Assembly (NCBI RefSeq): GCF_000026545.1
Contig: NC_011601.1
From: Escherichia coli O127:H6 str. E2348/69
GTDB taxonomy: Bacteria; Pseudomonadota; Gammaproteobacteria; Enterobacterales; Enterobacteriaceae
Length of the DNA: 64,000 nucleotides
Strand: one strand, 5' to 3'
This document shows positions 1 through 15,070 of the stretch, piece by piece; position 1 is the stretch's first letter, and each line of letters begins with the position of its first letter. Made by a program: the position numbers and the translations under genes. The notes under the pieces were generated by a model that saw only the letters and a program-made list of their open reading frames with translations, was not told where the DNA came from and did no database searches.

Positions 1-3000
1 AAGGTAAAACCCACTCTTCGGGTAAAGTGCTGTATAACGCGCGCATCATCCCTTACCGTGGTTCCTGGCTGGACTTCGAATTCGATCCGAAGGACAACCT
101 GTTCGTACGTATTGACCGTCGCCGTAAACTGCCTGCGACCATCATTCTGCGTGCCCTGAACTACACCACAGAGCAGATCCTCGACCTGTTCTTTGAAAAA
201 GTTATCTTTGAAATCCGTGATAACAAGCTGCAGATGGAACTGGTGCCGGAACGCCTGCGTGGTGAAACCGCATCTTTCGACATCGAAGCTAACGGTAAAG
301 TGTACGTAGAAAAAGGCCGCCGTATCACTGCGCGCCACATTCGCCAGCTGGAAAAAGACGACGTCAAACTGATCGAAGTCCCGGTTGAGTACATCGCAGG
401 TAAAGTGGTTGCTAAAGACTATATTGATGAGTCTACCGGCGAGCTGATCTGCGCAGCGAACATGGAGCTGAGCCTGGATCTGCTGGCTAAGCTGAGCCAG
501 TCTGGTCATAAGCGTATCGAAACGCTGTTCACCAACGATCTGGATCACGGCCCATATATCTCTGAAACCTTACGTGTCGACCCAACTAACGACCGTCTGA
601 GCGCACTGGTAGAAATCTACCGTATGATGCGCCCTGGCGAGCCGCCGACTCGTGAAGCAGCTGAAAGCCTGTTTGAGAACCTGTTCTTCTCCGAAGACCG
701 CTATGACCTGTCTGCGGTTGGTCGTATGAAGTTCAACCGTTCTCTGCTGCGCGAAGAAATCGAAGGTTCCGGTATCCTGAGCAAAGACGACATCATTGAT
801 GTTATGAAAAAGCTCATCGATATCCGTAACGGTAAAGGCGAAGTCGATGATATTGACCACCTCGGCAACCGTCGTATCCGTTCCGTTGGCGAAATGGCGG
901 AAAACCAGTTCCGCGTTGGCCTGGTGCGTGTAGAGCGTGCGGTGAAAGAGCGTCTGTCTCTGGGCGATCTGGATACCCTGATGCCTCAGGATATGATCAA
1001 CGCCAAGCCGATTTCCGCAGCAGTGAAAGAGTTCTTCGGTTCCAGCCAGCTGTCTCAGTTTATGGACCAGAACAACCCGCTGTCTGAGATTACGCACAAA
1101 CGTCGTATCTCGGCCCTTGGCCCAGGCGGTCTGACCCGTGAACGTGCAGGCTTCGAAGTTCGAGACGTACATCCGACTCACTACGGTCGCGTATGTCCAA
1201 TCGAAACCCCTGAAGGTCCGAACATCGGTCTGATCAACTCCCTGTCCGTGTACGCACAGACTAACGAATACGGCTTCCTTGAGACTCCGTATCGTAAAGT
1301 GACCGACGGTGTTGTAACTGACGAAATTCACTATCTGTCTGCTATCGAAGAAGGCAACTACGTTATCGCCCAGGCGAACTCCAACCTGGATGAAGAAGGC
1401 CACTTCGTAGAAGACCTGGTAACTTGCCGTAGCAAAGGCGAATCCAGTTTGTTCAGCCGCGACCAGGTTGATTACATGGACGTATCCACCCAGCAGGTGG
1501 TATCCGTCGGTGCGTCCCTGATCCCGTTCCTGGAACACGATGACGCCAACCGTGCATTGATGGGTGCGAACATGCAACGCCAGGCCGTTCCGACTCTGCG
1601 TGCTGATAAGCCGCTGGTTGGTACGGGTATGGAACGTGCTGTTGCCGTTGACTCCGGTGTAACTGCGGTTGCTAAACGTGGTGGTGTCGTTCAGTACGTG
1701 GATGCTTCCCGTATCGTTATCAAAGTTAACGAAGACGAGATGTATCCGGGTGAAGCAGGTATCGACATCTACAACCTGACCAAGTACACCCGTTCTAACC
1801 AGAACACCTGTATCAACCAGATGCCGTGTGTGTCTCTGGGTGAACCGGTAGAACGTGGCGACGTGCTGGCAGACGGTCCGTCCACCGACCTCGGTGAACT
1901 GGCGCTTGGTCAGAACATGCGCGTAGCGTTCATGCCGTGGAATGGTTACAACTTCGAAGACTCCATCCTCGTATCCGAGCGTGTTGTTCAGGAAGACCGT
2001 TTCACCACCATCCATATTCAGGAACTGGCGTGTGTGTCCCGTGATACCAAGCTGGGGCCGGAAGAGATCACCGCTGACATCCCGAACGTGGGTGAAGCTG
2101 CTCTCTCCAAACTGGATGAATCCGGTATCGTTTACATTGGTGCGGAAGTGACCGGTGGCGACATTCTGGTTGGTAAGGTAACGCCGAAAGGTGAAACTCA
2201 GCTAACCCCAGAAGAGAAACTGCTGCGTGCGATCTTCGGTGAGAAAGCGTCTGACGTTAAAGACTCTTCTCTGCGCGTACCAAACGGTGTATCCGGTACG
2301 GTTATCGATGTTCAGGTCTTTACTCGCGATGGCGTAGAAAAAGACAAACGTGCGCTGGAAATCGAAGAAATGCAGCTCAAACAGGCGAAGAAAGACCTGT
2401 CTGAAGAACTGCAGATCCTCGAAGCAGGTCTGTTCAGCCGTATCCGTGCTGTGCTGGTAGCCGGTGGCGTTGAAGCTGAGAAGCTCGACAAACTGCCGCG
2501 CGATCGCTGGCTGGAGCTGGGCCTGACCGACGAAGAGAAACAAAATCAGCTGGAACAGCTGGCTGAGCAGTATGACGAACTGAAACACGAGTTCGAGAAG
2601 AAACTCGAAGCGAAACGCCGCAAAATCACCCAGGGCGACGATCTGGCACCGGGCGTGCTGAAGATTGTTAAAGTATATCTGGCGGTTAAACGCCGTATCC
2701 AGCCTGGTGACAAGATGGCAGGTCGTCACGGTAACAAGGGTGTAATTTCTAAGATCAACCCGATCGAAGATATGCCTTACGATGAAAACGGTACGCCGGT
2801 AGACATCGTACTGAACCCGCTGGGCGTACCGTCTCGTATGAACATCGGTCAGATCCTCGAAACCCACCTGGGTATGGCTGCGAAAGGTATCGGCGACAAG
2901 ATCAACGCCATGCTGAAACAGCAGCAAGAAGTCGCGAAACTGCGCGAATTCATCCAGCGTGCGTACGATCTGGGCGCTGATGTTCGTCAGAAAGTTGACC

Positions 3001-3548
3001 TGAGTACCTTCAGCGATGAAGAAGTTATGCGTCTGGCTGAAAACCTGCGCAAAGGTATGCCAATCGCAACGCCGGTGTTCGACGGTGCGAAAGAAGCAGA
3101 AATTAAAGAGCTGCTGAAACTTGGCGACCTGCCGACTTCTGGTCAGATCCGCCTGTACGACGGTCGTACTGGTGAACAGTTCGAACGTCCGGTAACCGTT
3201 GGTTACATGTACATGCTGAAACTGAACCACTTGGTCGACGACAAGATGCACGCGCGTTCCACCGGTTCTTACAGCCTGGTTACTCAGCAGCCGCTGGGTG
3301 GTAAGGCACAGTTCGGTGGTCAGCGTTTCGGGGAGATGGAAGTGTGGGCGCTGGAAGCATACGGCGCAGCATACACCTTGCAGGAAATGCTCACCGTTAA
3401 GTCTGATGACGTGAACGGTCGTACTAAGATGTATAAAAACATCGTGGACGGCAACCATCAGATGGAGCCGGGCATGCCAGAATCCTTCAACGTATTGTTG
3501 AAAGAGATTCGTTCGCTGGGTATCAACATCGAACTGGAAGACGAGTAA
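1..3548 (+). CDS. rpoB: DNA-directed RNA polymerase beta subunit (5' partial; gene begins upstream of window)
   Basis: ORF reads ...[32 protein letters not shown]... through to ...[10 protein letters not shown] stop at 3546-3548; contains the conserved rifampicin cluster I block [29 protein letters not shown]; recognised by memory of the E. coli protein. Confidence 0.97.
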
Positions 3549-3624
3549 TTCTCGCTCAAACAGGTCACTGCTGTCGGGGTAAAACCCGGCAGCGGATTGT
3601 GCTAACTCCGACGGGAGCAAATCC

Positions 3625-6600
3625 GTGAAAGATTTATTAAAGTTTCTGAAAGCGCAGACTAAAACCGAAGAGTTTGATGCGATCAAAATTGCTCTGGCTT
3701 CGCCAGACATGATCCGTTCATGGTCTTTCGGTGAAGTTAAAAAGCCGGAAACCATCAACTACCGTACGTTCAAACCAGAACGTGACGGCCTTTTCTGCGC
3801 CCGTATCTTTGGGCCGGTAAAAGATTACGAGTGCCTGTGCGGTAAGTACAAGCGCCTGAAACACCGTGGCGTCATCTGTGAGAAGTGCGGCGTTGAAGTG
3901 ACCCAGACTAAAGTACGCCGTGAGCGTATGGGCCACATCGAACTGGCTTCCCCGACTGCGCACATCTGGTTCCTGAAATCGCTGCCGTCCCGTATCGGCC
4001 TGCTGCTCGATATGCCGCTGCGCGATATCGAACGTGTACTGTACTTCGAATCCTATGTGGTTATCGAAGGTGGTATGACCAACCTGGAGCGTCAGCAGAT
4101 CCTGACTGAAGAGCAGTATCTGGACGCGCTGGAAGAGTTCGGTGACGAATTCGACGCGAAGATGGGTGCGGAAGCAATCCAGGCCCTGCTGAAGAGCATG
4201 GATCTGGAGCAAGAGTGCGAACACCTGCGTGAAGAGCTGAACGAAACCAACTCCGAAACCAAGCGTAAAAAGCTGACCAAGCGTATCAAACTGCTGGAAG
4301 CGTTCGTTCAGTCTGGTAACAAACCAGAGTGGATGATCCTGACCGTTCTGCCGGTACTGCCGCCAGATCTGCGTCCGCTGGTTCCGCTGGATGGTGGTCG
4401 TTTCGCGACTTCTGACCTGAACGATCTGTATCGTCGCGTCATTAACCGTAACAACCGTCTGAAACGTCTGCTGGATCTGGCTGCGCCGGATATCATCGTA
4501 CGTAACGAAAAACGTATGCTGCAGGAAGCGGTAGACGCCCTGCTGGATAACGGTCGTCGCGGTCGTGCAATCACCGGTTCTAACAAGCGTCCTCTGAAAT
4601 CTTTGGCCGACATGATCAAAGGTAAACAGGGTCGTTTCCGTCAGAACCTGCTCGGTAAGCGTGTTGACTACTCCGGTCGTTCTGTCATCACCGTAGGTCC
4701 ATACCTGCGTCTGCATCAGTGCGGTCTGCCGAAGAAAATGGCGCTGGAGCTGTTCAAACCGTTCATCTACGGCAAGCTGGAACTGCGTGGTCTTGCTACC
4801 ACCATCAAAGCTGCGAAGAAAATGGTTGAGCGCGAAGAAGCTGTCGTTTGGGATATCCTGGACGAAGTTATCCGCGAACACCCGGTACTGCTGAACCGTG
4901 CACCGACTCTGCACCGTCTGGGTATCCAGGCATTTGAACCGGTACTGATCGAAGGTAAAGCTATCCAGCTGCACCCGCTGGTTTGTGCGGCATATAACGC
5001 CGACTTCGATGGTGACCAGATGGCTGTGCACGTACCGCTGACGCTGGAAGCCCAGCTGGAAGCGCGTGCGCTGATGATGTCTACCAACAACATCCTGTCC
5101 CCGGCGAACGGCGAACCAATCATCGTTCCGTCTCAGGACGTTGTACTGGGTCTGTACTACATGACCCGCGACTGTGTTAACGCCAAAGGCGAAGGCATGG
5201 TGCTGACTGGCCCGAAAGAAGCAGAACGTCTGTATCGCTCTGGTCTGGCTTCTCTGCATGCGCGCGTTAAAGTGCGTATCACCGAGTATGAAAAAGATGC
5301 TAACGGTGAATTAGTGGCGAAAACCAGCCTGAAAGACACGACTGTTGGCCGTGCCATTCTGTGGATGATTGTACCGAAAGGTCTGCCTTACACCATCGTC
5401 AACCAGGCGCTGGGTAAAAAAGCAATCTCCAAAATGCTGAACACCTGCTACCGCATTCTCGGTCTGAAACCGACCGTTATTTTTGCGGACCAGATCATGT
5501 ATACCGGCTTTGCATATGCAGCGCGTTCTGGTGCATCTGTTGGTATCGATGACATGGTCATCCCGGAGAAGAAACACGAAATCATCTCCGAGGCAGAAGC
5601 AGAAGTTGCTGAAATTCAGGAGCAGTTCCAGTCTGGTCTGGTAACTGCGGGCGAACGCTACAACAAAGTTATCGATATCTGGGCTGCGGCGAACGATCGT
5701 GTATCCAAAGCGATGATGGATAACCTGCAAACTGAAACCGTTATTAACCGTGACGGTCAGGAAGAGAAGCAGGTTTCCTTCAACAGCATCTACATGATGG
5801 CCGACTCCGGTGCGCGTGGTTCTGCGGCACAGATTCGTCAGCTTGCTGGTATGCGTGGTCTGATGGCGAAGCCGGATGGCTCCATCATCGAAACGCCAAT
5901 CACCGCGAACTTCCGTGAAGGTCTGAACGTACTCCAGTACTTCATCTCCACCCACGGTGCTCGTAAAGGTCTGGCGGATACCGCACTGAAAACGGCGAAC
6001 TCCGGTTACCTGACTCGTCGTCTGGTTGACGTGGCGCAGGACCTGGTGGTTACCGAAGACGATTGTGGTACCCATGAAGGTATCATGATGACTCCGGTTA
6101 TCGAGGGTGGTGACGTTAAAGAGCCGCTGCGCGATCGCGTACTGGGTCGTGTAACTGCTGAAGACGTTCTGAAGCCGGGTACTGCTGATATCCTCGTTCC
6201 GCGCAACACGCTGCTGCACGAACAGTGGTGTGACCTGCTGGAAGAGAACTCTGTCGACGCGGTTAAAGTACGTTCTGTTGTATCTTGTGACACCGACTTT
6301 GGTGTATGTGCGCACTGCTACGGTCGTGACCTGGCGCGTGGCCACCTCATCAACAAAGGTGAAGCAATCGGTGTTATCGCGGCACAGTCCATCGGTGAAC
6401 CGGGTACACAGCTGACCATGCGTACGTTCCACATCGGTGGTGCGGCATCTCGTGCGGCTGCTGAATCCAGCATCCAGGTGAAAAACAAAGGTAGCATCAA
6501 GCTCAGCAACGTGAAGTCGGTTGTGAACTCCAGCGGTAAACTGGTTATCACTTCCCGTAACACCGAACTGAAACTGATCGACGAATTCGGTCGTACCAAA

Positions 6601-7848
6601 GAAAGCTACAAAGTACCTTACGGTGCGGTACTGGCGAAAGGCGATGGCGAACAGGTTGCTGGCGGCGAAACCGTTGCAAACTGGGACCCGCACACCATGC
6701 CGGTTATCACCGAAGTAAGCGGTTTTGTACGCTTTACTGACATGATCGACGGCCAGACCATTACTCGTCAGACCGACGAATTGACCGGTCTGTCTTCGCT
6801 GGTGGTTCTGGATTCCGCAGAACGTACCGCAGGTGGTAAAGATCTGCGTCCGGCACTGAAAATCGTTGATGCTCAGGGTAACGACGTTCTGATCCCGGGT
6901 ACCGATATGCCTGCGCAGTACTTCCTGCCGGGTAAAGCGATTGTTCAGCTGGAAGATGGCGTACAGATCAGCTCTGGTGACACCCTGGCGCGTATTCCGC
7001 AGGAATCCGGCGGTACCAAGGACATCACCGGTGGTCTGCCGCGCGTTGCGGACCTGTTCGAAGCACGTCGTCCGAAAGAGCCGGCAATCCTGGCTGAAAT
7101 CAGCGGTATCGTTTCCTTCGGTAAAGAAACCAAAGGTAAACGTCGTCTGGTTATTACCCCGGTAGACGGTAGCGATCCGTACGAAGAGATGATTCCGAAA
7201 TGGCGTCAGCTCAACGTGTTCGAAGGTGAACGTGTAGAACGTGGTGACGTAATTTCCGACGGTCCGGAAGCGCCGCACGACATTCTGCGTCTGCGTGGTG
7301 TTCATGCTGTGACTCGTTACATCGTTAACGAAGTACAGGACGTATACCGTCTGCAGGGCGTTAAGATTAACGATAAACACATCGAAGTTATCGTTCGTCA
7401 GATGCTGCGTAAAGCTACCATCGTTAACGCGGGCAGCTCCGACTTCCTGGAAGGTGAACAGGTTGAATACTCTCGCGTCAAGATCGCAAACCGCGAACTG
7501 GAAGCGAACGGCAAAGTGGGTGCAACTTACTCCCGCGATCTGCTGGGTATCACCAAAGCGTCTCTGGCAACCGAGTCCTTCATCTCCGCGGCATCGTTCC
7601 AGGAGACCACTCGCGTGCTGACCGAAGCAGCCGTTGCGGGCAAACGCGACGAACTGCGCGGCCTGAAAGAGAACGTTATCGTGGGTCGTCTGATCCCGGC
7701 AGGTACCGGTTACGCGTACCACCAGGATCGTATGCGTCGCCGTGCTGCGGGTGAAGCTCCGGCTGCACCGCAGGTGACTGCAGAAGACGCATCTGCCAGC
7801 CTGGCAGAACTGCTGAACGCAGGTCTGGGCGGTTCTGATAACGAGTAA
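3625..7848 (+). CDS. rpoC: DNA-directed RNA polymerase beta' subunit
   Basis: 1407-codon ORF starting at GTG 3625 ([40 protein letters not shown]...), 76 bp after rpoB stop; zinc-binding CxxC motifs near N-terminus. Confidence 0.97.
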   Translation: MKDLLKFLKAQTKTEEFDAIKIALASPDMIRSWSFGEVKKPETINYRTFKPERDGLFCARIFGPVKDYECLCGKYKRLKHRGVICEKCGVEVTQTKVRRERMGHIELASPTAHIWFLKSLPSRIGLLLDMPLRDIERVLYFESYVVIEGGMTNLERQQILTEEQYLDALEEFGDEFDAKMGAEAIQALLKSMDLEQECEHLREELNETNSETKRKKLTKRIKLLEAFVQSGNKPEWMILTVLPVLPPDLRPLVPLDGGRFATSDLNDLYRRVINRNNRLKRLLDLAAPDIIVRNEKRMLQEAVDALLDNGRRGRAITGSNKRPLKSLADMIKGKQGRFRQNLLGKRVDYSGRSVITVGPYLRLHQCGLPKKMALELFKPFIYGKLELRGLATTIKAAKKMVEREEAVVWDILDEVIREHPVLLNRAPTLHRLGIQAFEPVLIEGKAIQLHPLVCAAYNADFDGDQMAVHVPLTLEAQLEARALMMSTNNILSPANGEPIIVPSQDVVLGLYYMTRDCVNAKGEGMVLTGPKEAERLYRSGLASLHARVKVRITEYEKDANGELVAKTSLKDTTVGRAILWMIVPKGLPYTIVNQALGKKAISKMLNTCYRILGLKPTVIFADQIMYTGFAYAARSGASVGIDDMVIPEKKHEIISEAEAEVAEIQEQFQSGLVTAGERYNKVIDIWAAANDRVSKAMMDNLQTETVINRDGQEEKQVSFNSIYMMADSGARGSAAQIRQLAGMRGLMAKPDGSIIETPITANFREGLNVLQYFISTHGARKGLADTALKTANSGYLTRRLVDVAQDLVVTEDDCGTHEGIMMTPVIEGGDVKEPLRDRVLGRVTAEDVLKPGTADILVPRNTLLHEQWCDLLEENSVDAVKVRSVVSCDTDFGVCAHCYGRDLARGHLINKGEAIGVIAAQSIGEPGTQLTMRTFHIGGAASRAAAESSIQVKNKGSIKLSNVKSVVNSSGKLVITSRNTELKLIDEFGRTKESYKVPYGAVLAKGDGEQVAGGETVANWDPHTMPVITEVSGFVRFTDMIDGQTITRQTDELTGLSSLVVLDSAERTAGGKDLRPALKIVDAQGNDVLIPGTDMPAQYFLPGKAIVQLEDGVQISSGDTLARIPQESGGTKDITGGLPRVADLFEARRPKEPAILAEISGIVSFGKETKGKRRLVITPVDGSDPYEEMIPKWRQLNVFEGERVERGDVISDGPEAPHDILRLRGVHAVTRYIVNEVQDVYRLQGVKINDKHIEVIVRQMLRKATIVNAGSSDFLEGEQVEYSRVKIANRELEANGKVGATYSRDLLGITKASLATESFISAASFQETTRVLTEAAVAGKRDELRGLKENVIVGRLIPAGTGYAYHQDRMRRRAAGEAPAAPQVTAEDASASLAELLNAGLGGSDNE

Positions 7849-7870
7849 TCGTTAATCCGCAAATAACGTA

Positions 7871-7896
7871 AAAACCCGCTTCGGCGGGTTTTTTTA
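7871..7896 (+). terminator. rho-independent terminator after rpoC
   Basis: GC stem AAACCCGC-TTCG-GCGGGTTT followed by T-run (ttttttta) about 25 bp after the rpoC stop. Confidence 0.8.
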
Positions 7897-8089
7897 TGGG
7901 TGTTATTCAGAGGGCAAAGTCTTCACGGGAAATATTAAGAAAGGCAGGGCGAAACGAGGAAGAAGCTTTTCGCCCTGGACAACATTCCTGTTGACGGCGC
8001 TACCATAAAAAAACAAAACGCTTTCAACAACCTTGCGTTTTTCATCTTCCGTAGCGGCTCGGAATAAATTTACGTTCTTACATTCTGTC

Positions 8090-9223
8090 TCATGGCCTTT
8101 GCGATGGGCGTCCCAGATAGCTGTCCCAGTCTTTCCATACCGGCTGCAAACCCTGAGCGGTTAACGCGGCAGCAACCGCTTCCGGTCTGCGATCGTCGTG
8201 CGGTGAGAACTGTTCCAGCTCGGGGTGATTGTCGGCATAGCCACCTGGCTGCGTTTTCGAAAAAGCGCTGACGTTATTAATTGCCAGCGGAATAACACGA
8301 TCGCGAAACCACGGTGATTCCCGCGTGGAGAGTGACAGTTCAATATCCGGCGCAAGCAGCCGGAAGGCGCAGATGGTTTGCACTAACTGGCGTTCATCCA
8401 TAATCGACGCTGGCTCAATGCCGCCAGTACATGGACGCAGGCGTGGGAAGGAGACAGAATAACGGCTTTGCCAGTAATGCTGTTGCAGCCATAGCAAATG
8501 TTCGGCAACCATATAGCAGTCAACTCGCCAGCTGTCGGAAAGGCCAATTAGCGCGCCGAGGCCAATCTTATCAATCCCCGCACGGCCCAGCCGATCCGGC
8601 GTTTCCAGCCGCCAGAAGAAGTCCTGTTTTTTGCCTTTCAGATGATGGCGGGCATAAGTCGCCTCGTGATATGTCTCCTGATAAACCATCACGCCATCCA
8701 GACCAAGTTGCTTTAACTCGGCGTATTCCGTCTCCGCCAGCGGCTGTACTTCCATCTGTAGTGAAGAGAACTGTTCACGCAGGGCAGGGAGATGACGACG
8801 AAAGTAATCCATCCCCACTTTCACCTGATGTTCACCAGTGACTAAAAGCAGATGTTCAAAGCCCATCTCCCGTATAGCGGCGCTTTCCCTGGCAATATCC
8901 GCTTCATCCAGCGTTTTGCGCTTGATGCGATTGCTCATGGAAAATCCGCAGTACGTGCAGTCGTTAGCGCAAAGATTGGAAAGATAAAGCGGGACGTAGA
9001 AGCTGACGACGTTGCCAAATCGCTGACGGGTCAGACGCTGCGCCCGTTGGGCCAGTGGTTCCAGATAGCCACTGGCGGCGGGTGATAGCAATGCCATCAT
9101 GTCGTCGCGGGTGAGTTGCGAGGCATTTAGCGCCCGCTCTACGTCAGCAGCCGTTTTGCCGTTGATACGCAGGCGGATGTCATCCCAGTCCAGTTGTCGC
9201 CAGCGATCGCTGAAGGTTTTCAT
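8090..9223 (-). CDS. thiH: 2-iminoacetate synthase (thiazole biosynthesis, radical SAM tyrosine lyase)
   Basis: 377-aa [26 protein letters not shown]... with radical-[13 protein letters not shown] motif; last gene of the thi operon. Confidence 0.93.
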   Translation of the reverse strand: MKTFSDRWRQLDWDDIRLRINGKTAADVERALNASQLTRDDMMALLSPAASGYLEPLAQRAQRLTRQRFGNVVSFYVPLYLSNLCANDCTYCGFSMSNRIKRKTLDEADIARESAAIREMGFEHLLLVTGEHQVKVGMDYFRRHLPALREQFSSLQMEVQPLAETEYAELKQLGLDGVMVYQETYHEATYARHHLKGKKQDFFWRLETPDRLGRAGIDKIGLGALIGLSDSWRVDCYMVAEHLLWLQQHYWQSRYSVSFPRLRPCTGGIEPASIMDERQLVQTICAFRLLAPDIELSLSTRESPWFRDRVIPLAINNVSAFSKTQPGGYADNHPELEQFSPHDDRRPEAVAAALTAQGLQPVWKDWDSYLGRPSQRP

Positions 9224-9990
9224 GCCGATGCCTCCAGAAATCCAGTCAGCGGGCTGGTGGCATGAGCAAAATGACTGCGACTGCCCGGTCCGGACTGACG
9301 TGCCAGCAGGCCTGCTTCTACCGCCAGACGAAATGCCTTCGCCATGTTGACGGGATCGTCCGCGACGGCAATCGCCGTATTCACTAACACCGCGTCGGCC
9401 CCCATTTCCAGCGCCTGCGCGGCATGGCTGGGAACGCCGATGCCAGCATCGACAACCACCGGAACGGTGGCCTGCTGGATAATAATCTCCAGCATGGCGC
9501 GGGTTTCCAGTCCCTGATTCGAGCCAATCGGCGCGCCGAGCGGCATCACCGCTGCACAGCCGACTTCTTCCAGACGTTTACACAATACCGGATCGGCCCC
9601 GCAGTAAGGCAGCACGACAAATCCCTGTTGTACCAGCGTTTCGGCGGCTTTCAGGGTTTCTATGGGGTCGGGCAACAGCCAGCGGGCGTCAGGGTGAATC
9701 TCCAATTTTAGCCAGTTTGTGCCTAACGCTTCACGTGCCAGATGGGCGGCGAAAATGGCTTCTTCCGCGGTTTTCGCCCCGGAAGTATTCGGCAGCAGGG
9801 TCACACCCGCCGCGATAAGCGGTTCGAGGATAGCGTCGTTGTGCTGGCGCAAGTCGACACGTTTCATCGCCAGCGTTACCAGTTGGCTGCCGGATGCGCG
9901 AATAGACTCCACCATCAGTTGTGAAGAGGCGAATTTTCCGGTGCCAGTAAACAGATGTGAATCAAACGTTTTGTCCGCAATATGTAACAT
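9220..9990 (-). CDS. thiG: thiazole synthase
   Basis: Track ORF 9220..10101 trimmed to internal ATG at 9988-9990 ([34 protein letters not shown]...), giving a 256-aa protein that abuts thiS; 4-bp overlap with thiH start. Confidence 0.9.
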   Translation of the reverse strand: MLHIADKTFDSHLFTGTGKFASSQLMVESIRASGSQLVTLAMKRVDLRQHNDAILEPLIAAGVTLLPNTSGAKTAEEAIFAAHLAREALGTNWLKLEIHPDARWLLPDPIETLKAAETLVQQGFVVLPYCGADPVLCKRLEEVGCAAVMPLGAPIGSNQGLETRAMLEIIIQQATVPVVVDAGIGVPSHAAQALEMGADAVLVNTAIAVADDPVNMAKAFRLAVEAGLLARQSGPGSRSHFAHATSPLTGFLEASA

Positions 9991-9991
9991 C

Positions 9992-10192
9992 TCAACCCCC
10001 TGCAATAACTTGAAAAAGCAGGATCTGGTCGCCATCCTGCACGATATGTTGCGCCCATTGTTCCCGCGGGACGATTTGCTGATTAATCGCCAGTGCCGCA
10101 CCTGCTTGTTGTTGATCGAGTTGCTCCAGCAGTTCGTGAACAGTTAGTCCGGCGACACACTGCATCGGTTGATCGTTAAACAGGATCTGCAT
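9992..10192 (-). CDS. thiS: sulfur carrier protein ThiS
   Basis: 66-aa protein [31 protein letters not shown]...LLFQVIAGG with C-terminal Gly-Gly; track ORF trimmed to internal Met. Confidence 0.9.
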   Translation of the reverse strand: MQILFNDQPMQCVAGLTVHELLEQLDQQQAGAALAINQQIVPREQWAQHIVQDGDQILLFQVIAGG

Positions 10193-10931
10193 TGCATCCT
10201 CCACATACCGGGCAACCGCTGGCGCGGCGCAACGTCAGACTGCGCCACTGGCTCGATTTACCGTCGAACAGTCGGAGTTCTCCCGCAGGCGTCTCTATAC
10301 CACTTAATAACTTAATCGCTTCCAGTGCCTGTAAAGTGCCCATAACCCCGACCACCGGGCCAACCACGCCCACCGTGCGGCAGTTGCGTTCTGGCTCCTG
10401 GTTATCTGGCCACAGGCAGCGGTAACACCCCTGCTCCCAGGGCGGCGTCAGTACCATCAACTGACCGCCAAATCCGACCGCGCTGGCGGTGACAAGCGGC
10501 GTGTTGAGTGCCACGCAGGTGGCATTAATCTCCTGGCGAGTCGCCATATTGTCAGTACAGTCGAGCACCACATCGGCTTGTGCAACCGCATCTTTTAACG
10601 TCTCACCCGTTAATCGTTGTTGTAATGCCATCAGTTGAATGTCGGGATTCAACTGTGTCAGTCGCTGTTGGCTGACCTGTGATTTCGGGAGATCGATATC
10701 TTCAGTGGTAAAGAGGATTTGTCGTTGCAGATTGCTTAAATGCACATCGTCATCATCTGCCAGTACCAGCGTCCCGACGCCAGCCCCCGCCAGGTATAGC
10801 GCAGCAGGTGTACCCAGCCCGCCAAGACCAATAATCAGCACCTGGCTGTCGAGCAGTTTTTGCTGCCCGTCCAGAGCGATATCGTCGAGCAGGATTTGGC
10901 GGCTATAACGCATAAAGTCACGGTCATTCAT
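10176..10931 (-). CDS. thiF: ThiS adenylyltransferase (E1-like)
   Basis: 251-aa protein from internal Met ([27 protein letters not shown]...), ThiF/MoeB nucleotide-binding GLGGLG motif, C-terminal CxxC; overlaps thiS start. Confidence 0.9.
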   Translation of the reverse strand: MNDRDFMRYSRQILLDDIALDGQQKLLDSQVLIIGLGGLGTPAALYLAGAGVGTLVLADDDDVHLSNLQRQILFTTEDIDLPKSQVSQQRLTQLNPDIQLMALQQRLTGETLKDAVAQADVVLDCTDNMATRQEINATCVALNTPLVTASAVGFGGQLMVLTPPWEQGCYRCLWPDNQEPERNCRTVGVVGPVVGVMGTLQALEAIKLLSGIETPAGELRLFDGKSSQWRSLTLRRASGCPVCGGCNADPV

Positions 10932-11558
10932 CGCCAACTCCTGAAATTTCCAGCAACTGTGCCGTTGCCAAACGCCAGTCTGCGGCTTGAGTAATGGCGC
11001 TGACGACAGCGATACTGCCGACACCCGTTGCTATCACCGCAGGCGCGCGCGCCAGACTGATACCGCCAATCGCCACGGTGGGATAATCCGCCAGGCGCTC
11101 AACATGCCGTGCCAGCTGTTCCAGTCCCTGCGGTGCAGAAGGCATCTGTTTGGTTTGTGTCGGAAACACATGTCCCAGCGCGATATAAGAAGGACGTGCC
11201 GCCAGCGCGACGTCGATCTCCATATCGTCATGGGTCGAAACGCCCAGCCGCAGGCCTGCCGCGCGGATGGCGCTGAGATCGGTGGCTTGCAAATCTTCCT
11301 GCCCCAGATGGACGCCATACGCCTGATGCTTAATCGCCAGCCGCCAGTAATCGTTGATAAACAATCGCGCGTTATAGCGGCGGCCCAGCGCAATTGCCGC
11401 CACCACATCGGCTTCTACCTCTTCATCGCGCTGATCTTTGATGCGTAGCTGGAGAGTACGTACGCCTGCATCCAACAGACGTTCGATCCACTGTACGCTG
11501 TCAACCACCGGGTACAGTCCTAAACGAAAGGGTACAGGAGGAAACTCAGGCTGATACA

Positions 11559-11559
<1 letters not shown>
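10924..11559 (-). CDS. thiE: thiamine-phosphate synthase
   Basis: ORF (M)[42 protein letters not shown]...; start taken at second Met; overlaps thiF start and thiC stop. Confidence 0.92.
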
Positions 11560-13457
<1,898 letters not shown>

Positions 13458-13469
13458 TCATTCCAAAAA

Positions 13470-13640
13470 GTTAAGGACGTGGCTTGTCAGACGACGGATG
13501 AAGCAAGAGACGATCGCCGCAAAGGCGATGCGATAGCAGATTAACTCTTGTTCCCTTCGCAGGTATTAGCCTGATCAGGTTCCGCGGATCCCGAATAAAC
13601 GGTCTCAGCCAGTTAAGGCACTCCGACAAGAAATTAGCCC
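13470..13640 (-). promoter_or_regulatory. TPP riboswitch (thi-box) in thiC leader
   Basis: Minus-strand leader contains the conserved thi-box core CTGAGA (reverse complement ggtctcag at 13611-13618) followed by ...ACCUGAUC...GGCUAAUACC...GAAGGGAACAAG, immediately upstream of the thiC start. Confidence 0.85.
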
Positions 13641-13686
13641 CACAAACGGGGCGTTGAATGTAAATTACGCGTTAACAGCGCAGAAC

Positions 13687-14163
13687 TCAAGCAGGATATT
13701 TGACGCGGGCGGCGTCAAGCACCAGCAGAATCAGCTTATCTTCCAGCACAAAGCGCGCTTCCAGTGCCTCGCCGATGTCAGATAAAACCTGTTGAAACTC
13801 AAGGTAATTATCATGATCGATGGCGGTTTCCAGACTGGAATCGTAGTCATCCATAATCTGTTGAGTATTGGCTTCGAGTTGTGGCCAAATCTTCGCGGCG
13901 CGTGCGAGTTGCCCATTGCCTTCCAGCTTATGAAGAATGCGCTCATAAATACTGAAATGTCCGGCAGACAAGTAATCGACCAGGCTTTGACAAAAATCAT
14001 CAAGGGCTTTTTCGTTTAGCCTCATGTACGATTCTTTGCCAGGCTTAATGCCAACCAGATTGTAGTAAGCCACGAGCAGATGCTTACGTACATGTAGCCA
14101 GCGATAAACCAGTTTGTTACTTCCTCTGACGCGCTCCGTCAGGTTATCGAGCTGGTTAAGCAT
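13687..14163 (-). CDS. rsd: regulator of sigma D (anti-sigma70 factor)
   Basis: 158-aa ORF MLNQLDNLTERVRGSNKLVYRWLHVRKHLLVAYYNLVGIKP... recognised as Rsd. Confidence 0.93.
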   Translation of the reverse strand: MLNQLDNLTERVRGSNKLVYRWLHVRKHLLVAYYNLVGIKPGKESYMRLNEKALDDFCQSLVDYLSAGHFSIYERILHKLEGNGQLARAAKIWPQLEANTQQIMDDYDSSLETAIDHDNYLEFQQVLSDIGEALEARFVLEDKLILLVLDAARVKYPA

Positions 14164-14257
14164 GATTGACTCCGCAAGTTTGTATTCAAAAACTGCTCAG
14201 TGAGAAATGTAAAAACCATGTTAAACATGCCAGTGATGCAAAGGTAGTGCAAGAGCT

Positions 14258-15031
14258 ATGGATCGTATAATTGAAAAATTAGATCACGGCTGGTGGGTCG
14301 TCAGCCATGAACAAAAATTATGGTTGCCGAAGGGAGAATTGCCATATGGCGAAGCGGCAAATTTCGATCTTGTGGGTCAGCGCGCACTACAAATCGGCGA
14401 ATGGCAGGGGGAACCTGTTTGGTTAGTACAACTGCAGCGGCGTCACGATATGGGGTCGGTACGTCAGGTCATTGATCTCGATGTTGGGCTGTTTCAACTG
14501 GCCGGACGTGGCGTGCAACTGGCGGAGTTTTACCGATCGCATAAATACTGTGGTTACTGCGGGCATGAAATGTATCCAAGCAAAACTGAATGGGCGATGC
14601 TGTGCAGCCATTGCCGTGAGCGTTACTACCCGCAAATCGCCCCCTGCATTATTGTTGCCATCCGTCGCGATGATTCGATCCTCCTCGCCCAGCATACCCG
14701 CCATCGTAACGGTGTCCATACAGTACTTGCCGGATTCGTCGAAGTGGGTGAAACCCTCGAGCAGGCAGTCGCGCGGGAAGTGATGGAAGAGAGCGGAATT
14801 AAAGTTAAAAACTTGCGTTACGTGACCTCCCAACCGTGGCCGTTTCCTCAGTCTTTAATGACCGCGTTTATGGCGGAATATGACAGCGGCGAGATCGTGA
14901 TCGACCCGAAAGAATTGCTTGAGGCGAACTGGTATCGCTATGACGATTTGCCGTTACTCCCGCCGCCCGGCACCGTAGCGCGCCGTCTGATAGAAGATAC
15001 AGTGGCGATGTGTCGGGCAGAGTATGAGTGA
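14258..15031 (+). CDS. nudC: NADH pyrophosphatase (Nudix hydrolase)
   Basis: 257-aa ORF with zinc-ribbon [22 protein letters not shown] and Nudix box ([22 protein letters not shown]). Confidence 0.94.
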   Translation: MDRIIEKLDHGWWVVSHEQKLWLPKGELPYGEAANFDLVGQRALQIGEWQGEPVWLVQLQRRHDMGSVRQVIDLDVGLFQLAGRGVQLAEFYRSHKYCGYCGHEMYPSKTEWAMLCSHCRERYYPQIAPCIIVAIRRDDSILLAQHTRHRNGVHTVLAGFVEVGETLEQAVAREVMEESGIKVKNLRYVTSQPWPFPQSLMTAFMAEYDSGEIVIDPKELLEANWYRYDDLPLLPPPGTVARRLIEDTVAMCRAEYE

Positions 15032-15070
15032 TGATACACTGACCGCCTGACGCACTAAGGAACAGCCAAA

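Noticed and set aside
1040-1120. Checked the rpoB rifampicin-resistance cluster I for resistance substitutions
   Set aside because: The block reads [29 protein letters not shown], which matches the wild-type sequence as I recall it; no resistance call made.
570-7722. Long antisense or off-frame ORFs inside rpoB and rpoC (for example 570-2015 minus, 2202-3758 minus, 3718-5259 minus, 5311-7722 minus)
   Set aside because: They lie entirely within and opposite to highly conserved, confidently identified genes and have no independent signals; typical GC-rich antisense read-through ORFs.
9220-10101. N-terminally extended track ORFs for thiG, thiF, thiS, zraP, iclR, sorC, yjbG, aceA, aceB, metH and pgi
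   Set aside because: Extensions would overlap upstream genes or lack ribosome-binding sites; internal starts give proteins matching the known lengths and N-termini, so the shorter coordinates were reported.
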